Positions 38,744-48,425 of a stretch of 64,000 nucleotides of DNA are shown here, piece by piece. The stretch comes from an uncultured Acetatifactor sp. (GTDB lineage: Bacteria > Bacillota > Clostridia > Lachnospirales > Lachnospiraceae). The number at the start of each line of letters is the position of its first letter. The first letter of the stretch is position 1. A program made the position numbers and the translations under genes. The notes under the pieces were generated by a model. The model was not told where the DNA came from and made no database searches. It was given only the letters and a program-made list of their open reading frames with translations. Location: contig CAZPRB010000003.1 of the NCBI GenBank assembly GCA_964588645.1, positions 9,553 through 73,552 on the forward strand. Direction: 5' to 3'.

Positions 38744-39349
38744 TTATTCCTGATAGAAGCCATGCTTAGTTATATATTCCAAAGTCTTGTCCGGAATCAG
38801 ATATTTTACACTCTTGCCAAGTCGGATTCTCTCACGCAGCTCTGTTGATGATATCTCTAAATTTAAAAAGGAATACAAAACAATTTTTGCTTGAAATTTA
38901 GTGTTCAATTCCTTGATTTTATCTTCCATTCCGGACAGGGAAGAACCATTTCTTGCCGCTGCAATCACGGTACAATTTTCAAAAATTCTTTCGGGGAATT
39001 TCCAATTTTCAATTGCAAACAGGCAATCAGCTCCGAAAATAAAGTAGAATTCATAGTCAGGATATTCTTTTACAAGCTGTTCCAGAGTCTCATAGCTATA
39101 GGTATAGCCTGAGCGCTTCACTTCTATATCAAGACATTTGAGCCGAGAATTTCCTTCTGTAGCAAGCTGTGTCATCATCAGACGTTCTTCGCCGGGCAAA
39201 ACCTCTGTGTTTTGCTTCATGTAGGAGCAACCTGTTGGAATGAGCCATATTTCGTCAAGACAGCAATCATCCATCACACGTTCAGCCAACGATAAATGTC
39301 CTATATGAATTGGGTTGAAGGTACCGCCAATGAGTCCGATTTTTTTCAT
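38744..39349 (-). CDS. nadD: Nicotinate-nucleotide adenylyltransferase
   Basis: GGTFNPIHIGH, GAD, W and ISST motifs. Confidence 0.96.
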   Translation of the reverse strand: MKKIGLIGGTFNPIHIGHLSLAERVMDDCCLDEIWLIPTGCSYMKQNTEVLPGEERLMMTQLATEGNSRLKCLDIEVKRSGYTYSYETLEQLVKEYPDYEFYFIFGADCLFAIENWKFPERIFENCTVIAAARNGSSLSGMEDKIKELNTKFQAKIVLYSFLNLEISSTELRERIRLGKSVKYLIPDKTLEYITKHGFYQE

Positions 39350-39396
39350 TATAGCTTCTCCCGATAATCTATCCTGTAACAAACGAATCAAAATAT

Positions 39397-39687
39397 TTAT
39401 CTTGGTAATTCGATTTTGGGATTATCCTTATTCGGCTTGTACAGAACAATTTTCTTTCCGATAACCTGAACTAACTGGGAATGGGTACGTTCCGCAACCA
39501 TTTCACCAATTGCTCTCGGGTCATCAAAGCAATTCTTCAAGACAGCAATCTTAATTAATTCGTTATTGTGAAAGCATTCGCTGATTGCCTGTGTCAGCTC
39601 CGGTGTAAGGCTTGCTTTCCCCACCTGAAATACAGGATTTAAGTTGCTTGCAAGACTCATCAAATAAGCTCTTTGTTTGCTGGTCAT
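39397..39687 (-). CDS. yhbY: YhbY CRM-domain RNA-binding protein
   Basis: MTSKQRAYL, ELIKI and VQVIGKKIVLY motifs. Confidence 0.93.
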   Translation of the reverse strand: MTSKQRAYLMSLASNLNPVFQVGKASLTPELTQAISECFHNNELIKIAVLKNCFDDPRAIGEMVAERTHSQLVQVIGKKIVLYKPNKDNPKIELPR

Positions 39688-39715
39688 ATAGAAAACCTCC
39701 ATTGTACCATATTAA

Positions 39716-41005
39716 TTATTTGTAGTAATCAAAGGATAAACCATACATTCTTACAGTATCACCCTCCTGAATGCCCAACGCCTCCAGTTCATCCAGAATA
39801 CCGGTATCTTTTAAGAAATTCTGGAAGAAGGTAAATCCTTTTTCGCTCTCCAGATTGGTATATCCCAGCATTTTCTCGATTCTGGGACCTTCAATCACAT
39901 ACTCATCCTCTTCCGCATCATAGTTTACGGTATAGGGCAGGTCAGAATAGCCTTTATTCAGCTCAGGGAAGTACTCTTGTTCAAATACGGTAATCTCTTC
40001 TCCGATATTCTGAACCATCTCGTACACATGGTAAAGAAGCTCCTTCACTCCTTCTCCGCTGACAGCAGAAATGGGATATACCTTAATCCCTTTAGGCTCA
40101 AATTCTGCCTTGATGGCATCTACGGGATTATTATCGGTATCATAAATGGCATCAATTTTGTTGGCGGCTATCACCTGCGGACGCATGGCAATCTCCGCAT
40201 TATATGCCTCTAATTCTTTATTAATCGCATAGATATCCTGAATCGGATCCCGTCCTTCCGTTCCTGCAGCATCCACGATGTGAATGATGACCTTTGTGCG
40301 TTCAATATGGCGCAGGAATTCGTGTCCCAGTCCTACCCCTTCCGAAGCACCTTCAATCAATCCCGGAATATCTGCAATTACAAAGCCGCCAGTTCCCTCC
40401 AAATCAACTACACCGAGATTGGGGTTCAAAGTGGTAAAATGATAATTGGCAATCTTGGGCTTCGCATTGGTTACGCGGGAAAGAAAGGTAGATTTACCAA
40501 CGTTCGGAAAGCCTACCAGTCCGACATCAGCGATTACCTTCAATTCCAGGGTAAGCTCCAACTCCTGAGCAGGCTGCCCCGGCTGGGCGTATTTGGGAGC
40601 CTGCATGGTACTGGTAGCATAATGCTGGTTGCCGTTACCGCCTCTGCCTCCCTTTAAGAGAACAACTCTCTTGTTATCTCCTGACATATCCGTGATTACC
40701 TGACCGCTTTCAGCTTCCTTGATAACGGTGCCGGCGGGCACTTTAATGATAATATCACTTCCGTCTTTTCCGCGGCAATTTTTTTTGCCGCCTTCTTCTC
40801 CGTCCTGTGCCTTATACTTTCTGATGTGACGAAAATCTATCAGAGTATTCAAGCCTTCGTCCACTACAAAAATCACATCTCCGCCACGACCGCCATCTCC
40901 TCCGTCGGGACCTCCGTTGGGAACATATTTCTCACGGCGAAAGGAAACATGTCCGTCTCCACCCTTACCGCTTCTAACATATATTCTCGCTCTATCAGCA
41001 AACAT
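39716..41005 (-). CDS. obgE: GTPase ObgE
   Basis: FRREKYVPNGGPDGGDGG, GFPNVGKST, DIPG and NKID motifs; start ATG 41005 after GAGGAG. Confidence 0.98.
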   Translation of the reverse strand: MFADRARIYVRSGKGGDGHVSFRREKYVPNGGPDGGDGGRGGDVIFVVDEGLNTLIDFRHIRKYKAQDGEEGGKKNCRGKDGSDIIIKVPAGTVIKEAESGQVITDMSGDNKRVVLLKGGRGGNGNQHYATSTMQAPKYAQPGQPAQELELTLELKVIADVGLVGFPNVGKSTFLSRVTNAKPKIANYHFTTLNPNLGVVDLEGTGGFVIADIPGLIEGASEGVGLGHEFLRHIERTKVIIHIVDAAGTEGRDPIQDIYAINKELEAYNAEIAMRPQVIAANKIDAIYDTDNNPVDAIKAEFEPKGIKVYPISAVSGEGVKELLYHVYEMVQNIGEEITVFEQEYFPELNKGYSDLPYTVNYDAEEDEYVIEGPRIEKMLGYTNLESEKGFTFFQNFLKDTGILDELEALGIQEGDTVRMYGLSFDYYK

Positions 41006-41044
41006 TAGGTTCTCCTCTCTAAAGCCTTTTGTGAAACGAACTTT

Positions 41045-41080
41045 AAAAGGCTTCAAACAAGCATTATGTTTGAAGCCCTT
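41045..41080 (-). terminator. Terminator-like hairpin between rpmA and obgE
   Basis: Minus strand GGCTTCAAACA-N7-TGTTTGAAGCC-TTTT. Confidence 0.75.
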
Positions 41081-41088
41081 GAACAATC

Positions 41089-41373
41089 TTATTTCTCTAC
41101 AGGATATACGGAAGCCTGTTTCTTGTCTCTTCCTTTTCTTTCAAAACGAAGAACACCATCAACCAAAGCAAACAAGGTATCATCTCCGCCAATTCCAACA
41201 TTAATGCCGGGGTGAATCTTGGTTCCGCGCTGTCTGTACAGAATGTTACCGGCCTTAACGAACTGGCCGTCAGCTCTCTTCGCACCTAATCTCTTGGATT
41301 CGGAATCTCTACCGTTCTTGGTAGAACCAACTCCCTTTTTATGAGCGAAAAATTGAAGGTTCATATTTAACAT
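41089..41373 (-). CDS. rpmA: 50S ribosomal protein L27 with cleavable N-terminal extension
   Basis: [24 protein letters not shown]. Confidence 0.98.
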   Translation of the reverse strand: MLNMNLQFFAHKKGVGSTKNGRDSESKRLGAKRADGQFVKAGNILYRQRGTKIHPGINVGIGGDDTLFALVDGVLRFERKGRDKKQASVYPVEK

Positions 41374-41376
41374 GGT

Positions 41377-41721
41377 TTACACCTCCTCGAATTTTACTTG
41401 CAAATAACGTTCGCCGTATTCCTTACTGAGCTTCTCCAGGGAATAGACCATGGAGTCCATCAGGAATGACGACTTTTCCTGCAGCTCACCTTCAAAATCA
41501 CAACGGATAAAGCCTGTAGCCTCATTGGTATCCACAACCATCTTCTCACCGGCCAATTCCTCCAAGGAATTGATGGTTCCGATTACTAATACCGAAATAC
41601 CTGCACATAAGATGTCCGGATTCCTTCCGAATAATTTCTTCCTGGCGTAATCTGCATGTCCCATACAGATAAATCCTCTGTATGAATTTTTTTCATCCTT
41701 ACGAATAATTACTGTAGTCAT
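41377..41721 (-). CDS. prp: Ribosomal-processing cysteine protease Prp
   Basis: GHA...DILCAG catalytic His/Cys; located between rplU and rpmA. Confidence 0.92.
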   Translation of the reverse strand: MTTVIIRKDEKNSYRGFICMGHADYARKKLFGRNPDILCAGISVLVIGTINSLEELAGEKMVVDTNEATGFIRCDFEGELQEKSSFLMDSMVYSLEKLSKEYGERYLQVKFEEV

Positions 41722-41726
41722 ATGAA

Positions 41727-42032
41727 TTATGCATTAATCTTGTCAATCTTAACCTGAGTGTATGCTTGTCTATGACCGTTCTTTTTGTGGTAACCGGTTT
41801 TTCTCTTGTATTTGTATACAACAACCTTCTTACCTCTACCCTGCTCCATAACAGTTGCAGTTACGGTTGCATTAGCAACATCCGCACCTACTTTGAGAGT
41901 AGCGTCACTTACTGCGATAACCTGGTCAAAAGTAACAGTGTTGCCGGCTTCTGCATCAAGCTTTTCAACCTTGATTACATCTCCTTCAGCAACCTTGTAC
42001 TGTTTTCCACCTGTTGCAATAATTGCGTACAT
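41727..42032 (-). CDS. rplU: 50S ribosomal protein L21
   Basis: [14 protein letters not shown] and GHRQ motifs; GGAGGTG RBS. Confidence 0.98.
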   Translation of the reverse strand: MYAIIATGGKQYKVAEGDVIKVEKLDAEAGNTVTFDQVIAVSDATLKVGADVANATVTATVMEQGRGKKVVVYKYKRKTGYHKKNGHRQAYTQVKIDKINA

Positions 42033-42067
42033 ATTAAGGCACCTCCTATTCATGAGCATATAAACTC

Positions 42068-42134
42068 ATTTACTCGCTAACTTTGGTGGTGTAATCTATA
42101 GAATCACACACTTCTACCTAGTTATGCGGCATAC
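42068..42134 (-). ncRNA. L21 leader (ribosomal protein leader RNA)
   Basis: Minus strand GCCGCA..TAGG...GTTAGCGAGT in the rplU 5' UTR, downstream of TTGACA-18-TATTAT (42170-42141). Confidence 0.7.
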
Positions 42135-42212
42135 CGTAGTATAATAGCATGAGGTGCCTTTTCGTGTCAAGTCTTTCTATTTATTTTTTCATTTTAATTT
42201 TTCGTTTATGTT

Positions 42213-42842
42213 TTAAATTTGGTTGTGTTTCTCGAAATCCTCCACATACTGTACAATCAATTTTACAGTATCTTCTATTCCGAGAATGCTGCTGTTAATG
42301 CACAGGTCATAGCTGTCGGCACGACCCCATTTCTTGGAAGAATAGTAATTGTAATAGCTCTGTCTCTGCTTATCCTTCTTCACAAGCATTTCCTTTGCCT
42401 TGGCTTCCGTCAGATTGTACTTTTGCATAATACGATTAACTTTAGTCTCTTCATCGCCGTAGATAAACAGATGAATACAATTTGTATAATCGGAAAGTGC
42501 ATAATCTGCGCAACGTCCAACGATAACGCAGGGACCCTCATCAGCTATTTTCTTTATGGTATCAAATTGCGCCAAAAATACCTTGTGACTAATGGGCATA
42601 TCCACAAAAGAAGAAGCGTTGTAACCAAATGAATAGGTATCCATCACTAAATTATAAAGGAAAGAATTGGTGGGTCTCTCGTCATGATTCTGAATCATTT
42701 CCTCGCAGAAGCCGCTTTCTTTAGCTGCTCTGGATAACAATTCCTTATCATAACATTTGATTCCGAAATACTCCGCTACCTTCTCCCCTATTTCGCGTCC
42801 GGCTGAACCAAACTGTCTGCCGATTGTTATAACTGTATTCAT
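42213..42842 (-). CDS. Cytidylate kinase-like family protein
   Basis: ITIGRQFGSAG, VIVGRCADY, DKQR and YDLCINS motifs. Confidence 0.9.
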   Translation of the reverse strand: MNTVITIGRQFGSAGREIGEKVAEYFGIKCYDKELLSRAAKESGFCEEMIQNHDERPTNSFLYNLVMDTYSFGYNASSFVDMPISHKVFLAQFDTIKKIADEGPCVIVGRCADYALSDYTNCIHLFIYGDEETKVNRIMQKYNLTEAKAKEMLVKKDKQRQSYYNYYSSKKWGRADSYDLCINSSILGIEDTVKLIVQYVEDFEKHNQI

Positions 42843-42905
42843 ACAATCCCCTACCTTCCTGAAATAATTCATAAATGAATAAATAATATCGATTCATTTG
42901 CCTAT

Positions 42906-42934
42906 ATTATACGATATTTTTGTGATTTGTGCAA
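42906..42934 (-). promoter_or_regulatory. Sigma-A promoter of the cytidylate kinase-like gene
   Basis: Minus strand TTGCAC-17-TATAAT. Confidence 0.7.
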
Positions 42935-43004
42935 TAAAATTTCTGATTATCAGCAATATTATTGTGCAATAATCCAAAAAGGCGCAAAACTGTATGGAAT
43001 TTAG

Positions 43005-43919
43005 CTATTGTGATAATACCTCTAATAAATGGGTGAAATATTCCGGTAAGGGAGCATCTACCTCCACATACTTTCCGGAGGTCGGCTGTATAAATCCAAG
43101 CGTTTTGGCATGTAAGGTCTGCCCCTGTAGCTTGAAGGGACATTTCCGGTTAGCATAAAGCTCATCTCCTATAATCGGATGTCCGATAGAGGACATATGA
43201 ACACGGATTTGATGGGTTCTTCCGGTCTCCAGAACACATTCAATATAAGTGTAGCCTTTAAAGCGTTTTATCACTCTGTAATGTGTGACTGCACGCTTGC
43301 CGTTGCTTTCATTGATTGCCATTTTTTTGCGGTCCACCGGATGGCGTCCAATCGGTTTATCAATCACGCCCTCATCCTCTTTCAGCTCCCCGAAGCAGAT
43401 TGCCTGATACCGACGGTTGATGCTGTGCTCTTTTAATTGTTCTGCAATACAATTGTGAGCTTTGTCATTTTTACACACAATAAGGGAACCGGTTGTATCC
43501 TTATCTATGCGGTGTACAATGCCGGGACGCATCACACCATTTATGCCGGAAAGTTCATTTTTGCAGTGATACATCAAGGCATTCACCAGAGTTCCGCAGT
43601 AATGTCCTGCAGCAGGATGAACCACCATCCCCTTAGGCTTATTGATTACTATCACGTCCCTATCCTCATAAAGAATATCCAGCGGAAGCTTTTCGGGCTT
43701 TATATCAGGCTCCACTGCTTTCGGAAGCTCAAATACAATCTCATCCCCATCCTTCACGCAATAGCTTGCTTTCACAGGGCAGCCATTCACATGCAAATGC
43801 TCATCCTTAATCATTTTTTGGATAAAGGAGCGTGACAAAGAATCGATAAACGCACTGACGCATTTATCGATTCTCTCATTCTCCATTTCTTCTGTTATCT
43901 GAAATACGAATTTATCCAT
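43005..43919 (-). CDS. RluA-family (RluD-like) pseudouridine synthase
   Basis: NKPKGMVVHP, RPGIVHRIDKDTTG and TGRTHQIRVH motifs; downstream of lspA. Confidence 0.95.
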   Translation of the reverse strand: MDKFVFQITEEMENERIDKCVSAFIDSLSRSFIQKMIKDEHLHVNGCPVKASYCVKDGDEIVFELPKAVEPDIKPEKLPLDILYEDRDVIVINKPKGMVVHPAAGHYCGTLVNALMYHCKNELSGINGVMRPGIVHRIDKDTTGSLIVCKNDKAHNCIAEQLKEHSINRRYQAICFGELKEDEGVIDKPIGRHPVDRKKMAINESNGKRAVTHYRVIKRFKGYTYIECVLETGRTHQIRVHMSSIGHPIIGDELYANRKCPFKLQGQTLHAKTLGFIQPTSGKYVEVDAPLPEYFTHLLEVLSQ

Positions 43920-43921
43920 AC

Positions 43922-44461
43922 CTATTTCATCTCTCTGTAACGCTTCTGCTTAAAATTCAAAAATTCCAAATCCTTCTCTTTATATACAAACAGAAATAGA
44001 ATAAACAAAACAATGGTTGCACAGACAATATAACAGTCAGCCACATTGAATATGGGATAATCAATCAATACAAAGGAAATAAAATCAACCACATAATCAA
44101 AACGGATTCTGTCCACCATGTTTCCGATACCGCCGGCAATAATAAAGGAAAGTAAAATATGCATTGCGCAGAATTTCTTCTTTTGCGGTAATCTAAACAG
44201 GAAGAATAAAATCATTGCCATAAATACAAAACCGACAAATAAAATAAAAAATTTCTGGTTCTGAAGCATTCCAAAGGCAGAGCCTCTATTCTCCAGATAT
44301 TGTAATTCCAGAACACCGTCAAATATGACAAAAGCCGGATTATTCTTCAATTTGATAATGGCAAGATACTTTGTATACTGGTCAATCGCCAAAAGGGCAA
44401 CCGCAACCAATAAATCGATGATAAGCATTCCGGAACGTTTCACTTCAATCGTATTATTCAT
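43922..44461 (-). CDS. lspA: Lipoprotein signal peptidase
   Basis: DQYTK, NRGSAFG, GNMVDR, VVDF and FNVAD motifs. Confidence 0.96.
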   Translation of the reverse strand: MNNTIEVKRSGMLIIDLLVAVALLAIDQYTKYLAIIKLKNNPAFVIFDGVLELQYLENRGSAFGMLQNQKFFILFVGFVFMAMILFFLFRLPQKKKFCAMHILLSFIIAGGIGNMVDRIRFDYVVDFISFVLIDYPIFNVADCYIVCATIVLFILFLFVYKEKDLEFLNFKQKRYREMK

Positions 44462-45563
44462 GATCATCCTCTTCACTAAAATTAATTTCATTGACAGCAG
44501 CCAAGATTTCTTCATCTGTCACAGTCGTATCTATAACGGCTTTCCCGATTTTCTTTAATAAAACAAATTTAATTTTACCGGATTCCATTTTTTTATCTGA
44601 TTTTGTAAGGCTTAAGATTTCTTCGGGAACAATATTATCCACACTGATGGGAAGATAAAAGGGAACGAACATATCACGGATTTCGTAATATTCATCCATG
44701 GTCAGCAGCTCCTTTTTCCATGATATATAAGCTGCTGCAACGGTGCCGAGTGCAACACATTCCCCGTGATAAAGCTGAAAATCCTTTGCCTTTTCAATGG
44801 CATGACCGATGGTATGTCCCAGATTCAGCAGTGCTCTGTCTCCCTGCTCGGTAGGATCCTTTTCTACAACCAGCTTTTTAACATTACAGCTTCTCATAAC
44901 CATTTCTTCCAGGGTATCCAAATCACGTTCGCAGATTTCATACATATTTTCAATCAGCCACTCATAAAAGATACTATCCTTGATAATACCATGCTTCATG
45001 ACTTCCGCGAAACCGGAGAAGAACTGTCTGTCCTCCAGCGTATTTAATACAGAGAGATTCATGTACACCAGACGGGGCATTTTGAAGGCGCCTACCATGT
45101 TCTTATAGCCGTCAAAATCCACACCGGTTTTCCCCCCTATGGAGCTGTCCGCCTGTGCAAGCAAGGTGGTCGGCAGTTGAATGAAGTCAATACCGCGCAA
45201 GTAGGTGGCTGCGGTAAAGCCTGTCAAATCTCCGACAACACCTCCACCCAGGGCAACAAGCATGTCCTTTCTGTCAAACCCTTCCTCAATCAGAAATTTG
45301 TACACATCCTTCACAACTTCCAGATTTTTACTCTCTTCCCCTGCGGGAAAAACATATTTCACCGCCTTCACACAGGTTTCGGAGAGAAGCTTCAAAACCT
45401 CTTCTCCGTATATCCGGTCGACATTGGAGTCTGTCACGATGCAAAGCTTTTTTTGTTCGGTTCCCAGTGCTGTTAATTCGTCCTTCAGTTCAGTGAATGC
45501 TTTGCTGAAAACGATATCGTAGCATGGTTTTTTCTGATACATAATCGGTAATCTTTGTGCCAT
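44454..45563 (-). CDS. aroB: 3-dehydroquinate synthase
   Basis: GEESK, GGGVVGD, DSSIGGKT, LNLGHTIGHA and HGE motifs. Confidence 0.97.
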   Translation of the reverse strand: MAQRLPIMYQKKPCYDIVFSKAFTELKDELTALGTEQKKLCIVTDSNVDRIYGEEVLKLLSETCVKAVKYVFPAGEESKNLEVVKDVYKFLIEEGFDRKDMLVALGGGVVGDLTGFTAATYLRGIDFIQLPTTLLAQADSSIGGKTGVDFDGYKNMVGAFKMPRLVYMNLSVLNTLEDRQFFSGFAEVMKHGIIKDSIFYEWLIENMYEICERDLDTLEEMVMRSCNVKKLVVEKDPTEQGDRALLNLGHTIGHAIEKAKDFQLYHGECVALGTVAAAYISWKKELLTMDEYYEIRDMFVPFYLPISVDNIVPEEILSLTKSDKKMESGKIKFVLLKKIGKAVIDTTVTDEEILAAVNEINFSEEDDHE

Positions 45564-45624
45564 TCTGTTATGTTCCTTCCTCGTTTTATTCGCATTATTG
45601 TCCGGTCAGACTATAATGCTGTCA

Positions 45625-45662
45625 GAAAATAAGCTTCCCGATTCATGCCAAGCGGGAAGCCT
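45625..45662 (-). terminator. Terminator after sepF
   Basis: Minus strand GCTTCCCG-loop-CGGGAAGC-TTATTTT. Confidence 0.75.
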
Positions 45663-45667
45663 ACCCT

Positions 45668-46198
45668 TTATAATCCGTTATTGATGGGCATATCAAAGGA
45701 CCCATTGAAAATATCCTGAAAATCGCCTGATACATCTACACTGGCCGGTGTGATAATAAAAATATAATGTGAGATTTTCTGTAAATTACCGCTGATTGCG
45801 AAACAGGAGCCTGATGTAAAATCAATAATTCTCTGAGCTACATCCACATCTAAGCCTTCCAAATTCAAGACCACAGTCCTGTTGGATAAAAGTGTCTCCG
45901 TTATTTCCCTTGCATCCTCAACAGAGGTGGGTTTGATAACGCATACTTCCATTCCGTTTCCGGGAAGCTTTCTTGTGACATTCTGACGAATCGGAGTCAC
46001 CTTCGTCTGAGAGGAAGCAACCTTCTTAGGAGCTCTATCCTCATATACCTCATTATCCTTGACCTTGGAAGCAGAGGAAGTCTTTCGGGGAGCAGGCTCT
46101 TCAATTTCTTCATCCTCATCCAGATAATCATCATCATAGAAATCGTCATCATCCTCGTTCAGCTTCATATAATTCAAAAATTTATCCATTACGCCCAT
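45668..46198 (-). CDS. sepF: Cell division protein SepF
   Basis: N-terminal amphipathic helix; VVLNLE, AQRIIDF and FIITP motifs; follows yggS. Confidence 0.95.
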   Translation of the reverse strand: MGVMDKFLNYMKLNEDDDDFYDDDYLDEDEEIEEPAPRKTSSASKVKDNEVYEDRAPKKVASSQTKVTPIRQNVTRKLPGNGMEVCVIKPTSVEDAREITETLLSNRTVVLNLEGLDVDVAQRIIDFTSGSCFAISGNLQKISHYIFIITPASVDVSGDFQDIFNGSFDMPINNGL

Positions 46199-46199
46199 T

Positions 46200-46904
46200 T
46201 CATTGTTCTCCTTTTTTACTGTAGTCGCGTTCTCCGAAGATACCGGTGCCTACACGCACATAGGTAGCACCCTCCTCAACCGCAACTCTGTAATCTCCTG
46301 TCATGCCCATTGACAATACACTCATAGAAATATTATCAATGTTTTTGCTTTCTATGTCAACAGACAATTGTTTTAATTTTTGAAAAACAACACGATTTTC
46401 TTCCTCGTCTTCCACATAGGGAGCAATTGTCATAAGACCCTTTATATGAATACACGGCAACTTTGCAATGGACTCCACAAGAGCAACCGCTTCCTCTGTG
46501 GTGGTACCGAATTTGCTTTCCTCCTGCGCAATATTTACTTCCACGAGAATATTTACCTCAACCTGCTTTTTGACAGCTTCCTTGCTGATTTCTTCCGCAA
46601 GCCTTACAGAGTCGACACTATGAATCAGGTACACCTTGTCCACAATATATTTCACCTTATTACGCTGCAGATGACCAATCATATGCCAACGGACATCCTC
46701 GGGCATTTGCGGGAGCTTATCCAAAAGCTCCTGCACTTTATTTTCTCCGAAGTCTCTGGAGCCTGCATCATAGGCTTCACGCAACATAGATACCGGCTTT
46801 GTCTTGCTGACTGTAATTAAGGTCACCTCCTCAGAAGCTCTGCCGACTCCTTCACAGGCATCCTGAATCCGGCTCTTCACCCTTGCTATATTCTCACTAA
46901 TCAT
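46200..46904 (-). CDS. yggS: YggS/PLPBP pyridoxal phosphate homeostasis protein
   Basis: VSKTKP, FGENKVQE, HMIGHLQRNK, SMGMT and VRVGTGIFG motifs. Confidence 0.96.
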   Translation of the reverse strand: MISENIARVKSRIQDACEGVGRASEEVTLITVSKTKPVSMLREAYDAGSRDFGENKVQELLDKLPQMPEDVRWHMIGHLQRNKVKYIVDKVYLIHSVDSVRLAEEISKEAVKKQVEVNILVEVNIAQEESKFGTTTEEAVALVESIAKLPCIHIKGLMTIAPYVEDEEENRVVFQKLKQLSVDIESKNIDNISMSVLSMGMTGDYRVAVEEGATYVRVGTGIFGERDYSKKGEQ

Positions 46905-46919
46905 AGCCTTCTCACCTTC

Positions 46920-48317
46920 TTACTCATTAATAAACTGGTTATCACTGACTGCAGTTGCATCCAAAACAATGTAATCATATACATTCAAACCATATTTGGT
47001 ATTTGCTTTCACAATGGAATACTCTTCATTCTGATACAGAATATTGATCTGTTTGAAATCAGCATAACCCTTATTCATATTATAAACACCAATCAAAGTG
47101 GCACGCTTGCTCACCGTAAAGCTGTCCTGACTATCTGTTTTGTACAGGATATCACCGGTATCCAGGATATCCGTATTCAGATAATACTCCTCACTTTCTT
47201 CGTCATAGCTGTAGAGCTCTGTGGAAATAAATTCACTGGATATGGTTCCGTCCTCCAGATAGCATTGCCTTATGACACCCTCCGAGCCCTCCGGTCCAAT
47301 GGTGATGTAATCCTTGGGTATCAGGAAAAATTCCTTCTGCACAATGGATGAATTCGGTATCTTTAGCCCGGTCTCATCATGGATAATCAATTCGATATCC
47401 AGAAATCTGTCGGACATAAAGGTAATCATGGAATTGGTAAAGCTAAGCTGAAGATAAGTGTTGCCATCCCCATTGTGTAAAAGCTTGGTAGCGCCCCAGG
47501 ATTCATATTGGTTCTTTAGGAAGCGTACCTTCACATATCCTTCCTCTTCCATCTGTATACCACGTTCATTGTCTATAGGAATCACAATGGACCAATTCTC
47601 ATTGGTGGATATTTTGTATACAGGGTCACCTGATGCAATCAGGGAATTGCTGAGAATCTGTGATTTCTCATATTCTTGTTCATCAAAACAATCTGCGGTG
47701 ACCATATCCGGTGTCAGGCTCTCATAACCATCCACCCAGTAGGTCACAACGCCGCTCACAGGTGCATTGCAATAATTGACCATACCTGTCGTATTCATGG
47801 AGCGGATTTCAGAAATACTTTTCAGCATATTCTCATTTGCAAGCTTTGCTACGGTATTATGAAGGGAAAATTTAAAATCGTAGATATTATCAAAATTCTT
47901 TTCGTTAAATCCATGCTGATAGTTTACAATCTCATTTCTGAATTCAGCAAGCTTACTGTCGCTCAAGGTGTTTTCGCCCAAATTGGCATCTTCCAAGTAT
48001 TCCTTTAGGTTACCGGTTTCATCTACGATATAGACCAGATTATCCTTGGCAACTCTTTCTCCGTCGCAGGCGTAGAGATTCACATAGCCCGCTGTATCCG
48101 CGGTGATTACGGTTTCATCCCTGAGGATAATGCCACGAAAGATATTTCCGACTGCAAGGGAGCCCTCTTTCACTTCGTAGCGGACAATATGACTTTTCTG
48201 AAAATACATCAAAACACAGATAATAACATATATAAATACAACGCCAAATATCAGCATTCCAATATTGAGATTCAGAGGTTTTCTGTATTTTTTAATTTTG
48301 GTATTTTTTTTGGACAA
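46920..48317 (-). CDS. HlyD/membrane-fusion-like protein of unknown function
   Basis: N-terminal TM; GIILRDE, GERV and APVSG hybrid motifs; TTG start after GGAGG. Confidence 0.7.
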   Translation of the reverse strand: MSKKNTKIKKYRKPLNLNIGMLIFGVVFIYVIICVLMYFQKSHIVRYEVKEGSLAVGNIFRGIILRDETVITADTAGYVNLYACDGERVAKDNLVYIVDETGNLKEYLEDANLGENTLSDSKLAEFRNEIVNYQHGFNEKNFDNIYDFKFSLHNTVAKLANENMLKSISEIRSMNTTGMVNYCNAPVSGVVTYWVDGYESLTPDMVTADCFDEQEYEKSQILSNSLIASGDPVYKISTNENWSIVIPIDNERGIQMEEEGYVKVRFLKNQYESWGATKLLHNGDGNTYLQLSFTNSMITFMSDRFLDIELIIHDETGLKIPNSSIVQKEFFLIPKDYITIGPEGSEGVIRQCYLEDGTISSEFISTELYSYDEESEEYYLNTDILDTGDILYKTDSQDSFTVSKRATLIGVYNMNKGYADFKQINILYQNEEYSIVKANTKYGLNVYDYIVLDATAVSDNQFINE

Positions 48318-48361
48318 AATTGACAGCCTCCAAACGATTCCTTAATATATCATGCACCTAT

Positions 48362-48392
48362 GAAAAGCCCCGGTTCGCATCCGAGGCTTTTC
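48362..48392 (-). terminator. Terminator after the small P-loop gene
   Basis: GAAAAGCCCCGG-loop-CCGAGGCTTTTC hairpin. Confidence 0.8.
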
Positions 48393-48425
48393 CTATGTGT
48401 ACTATGTACTTATTATCCAATTTAC

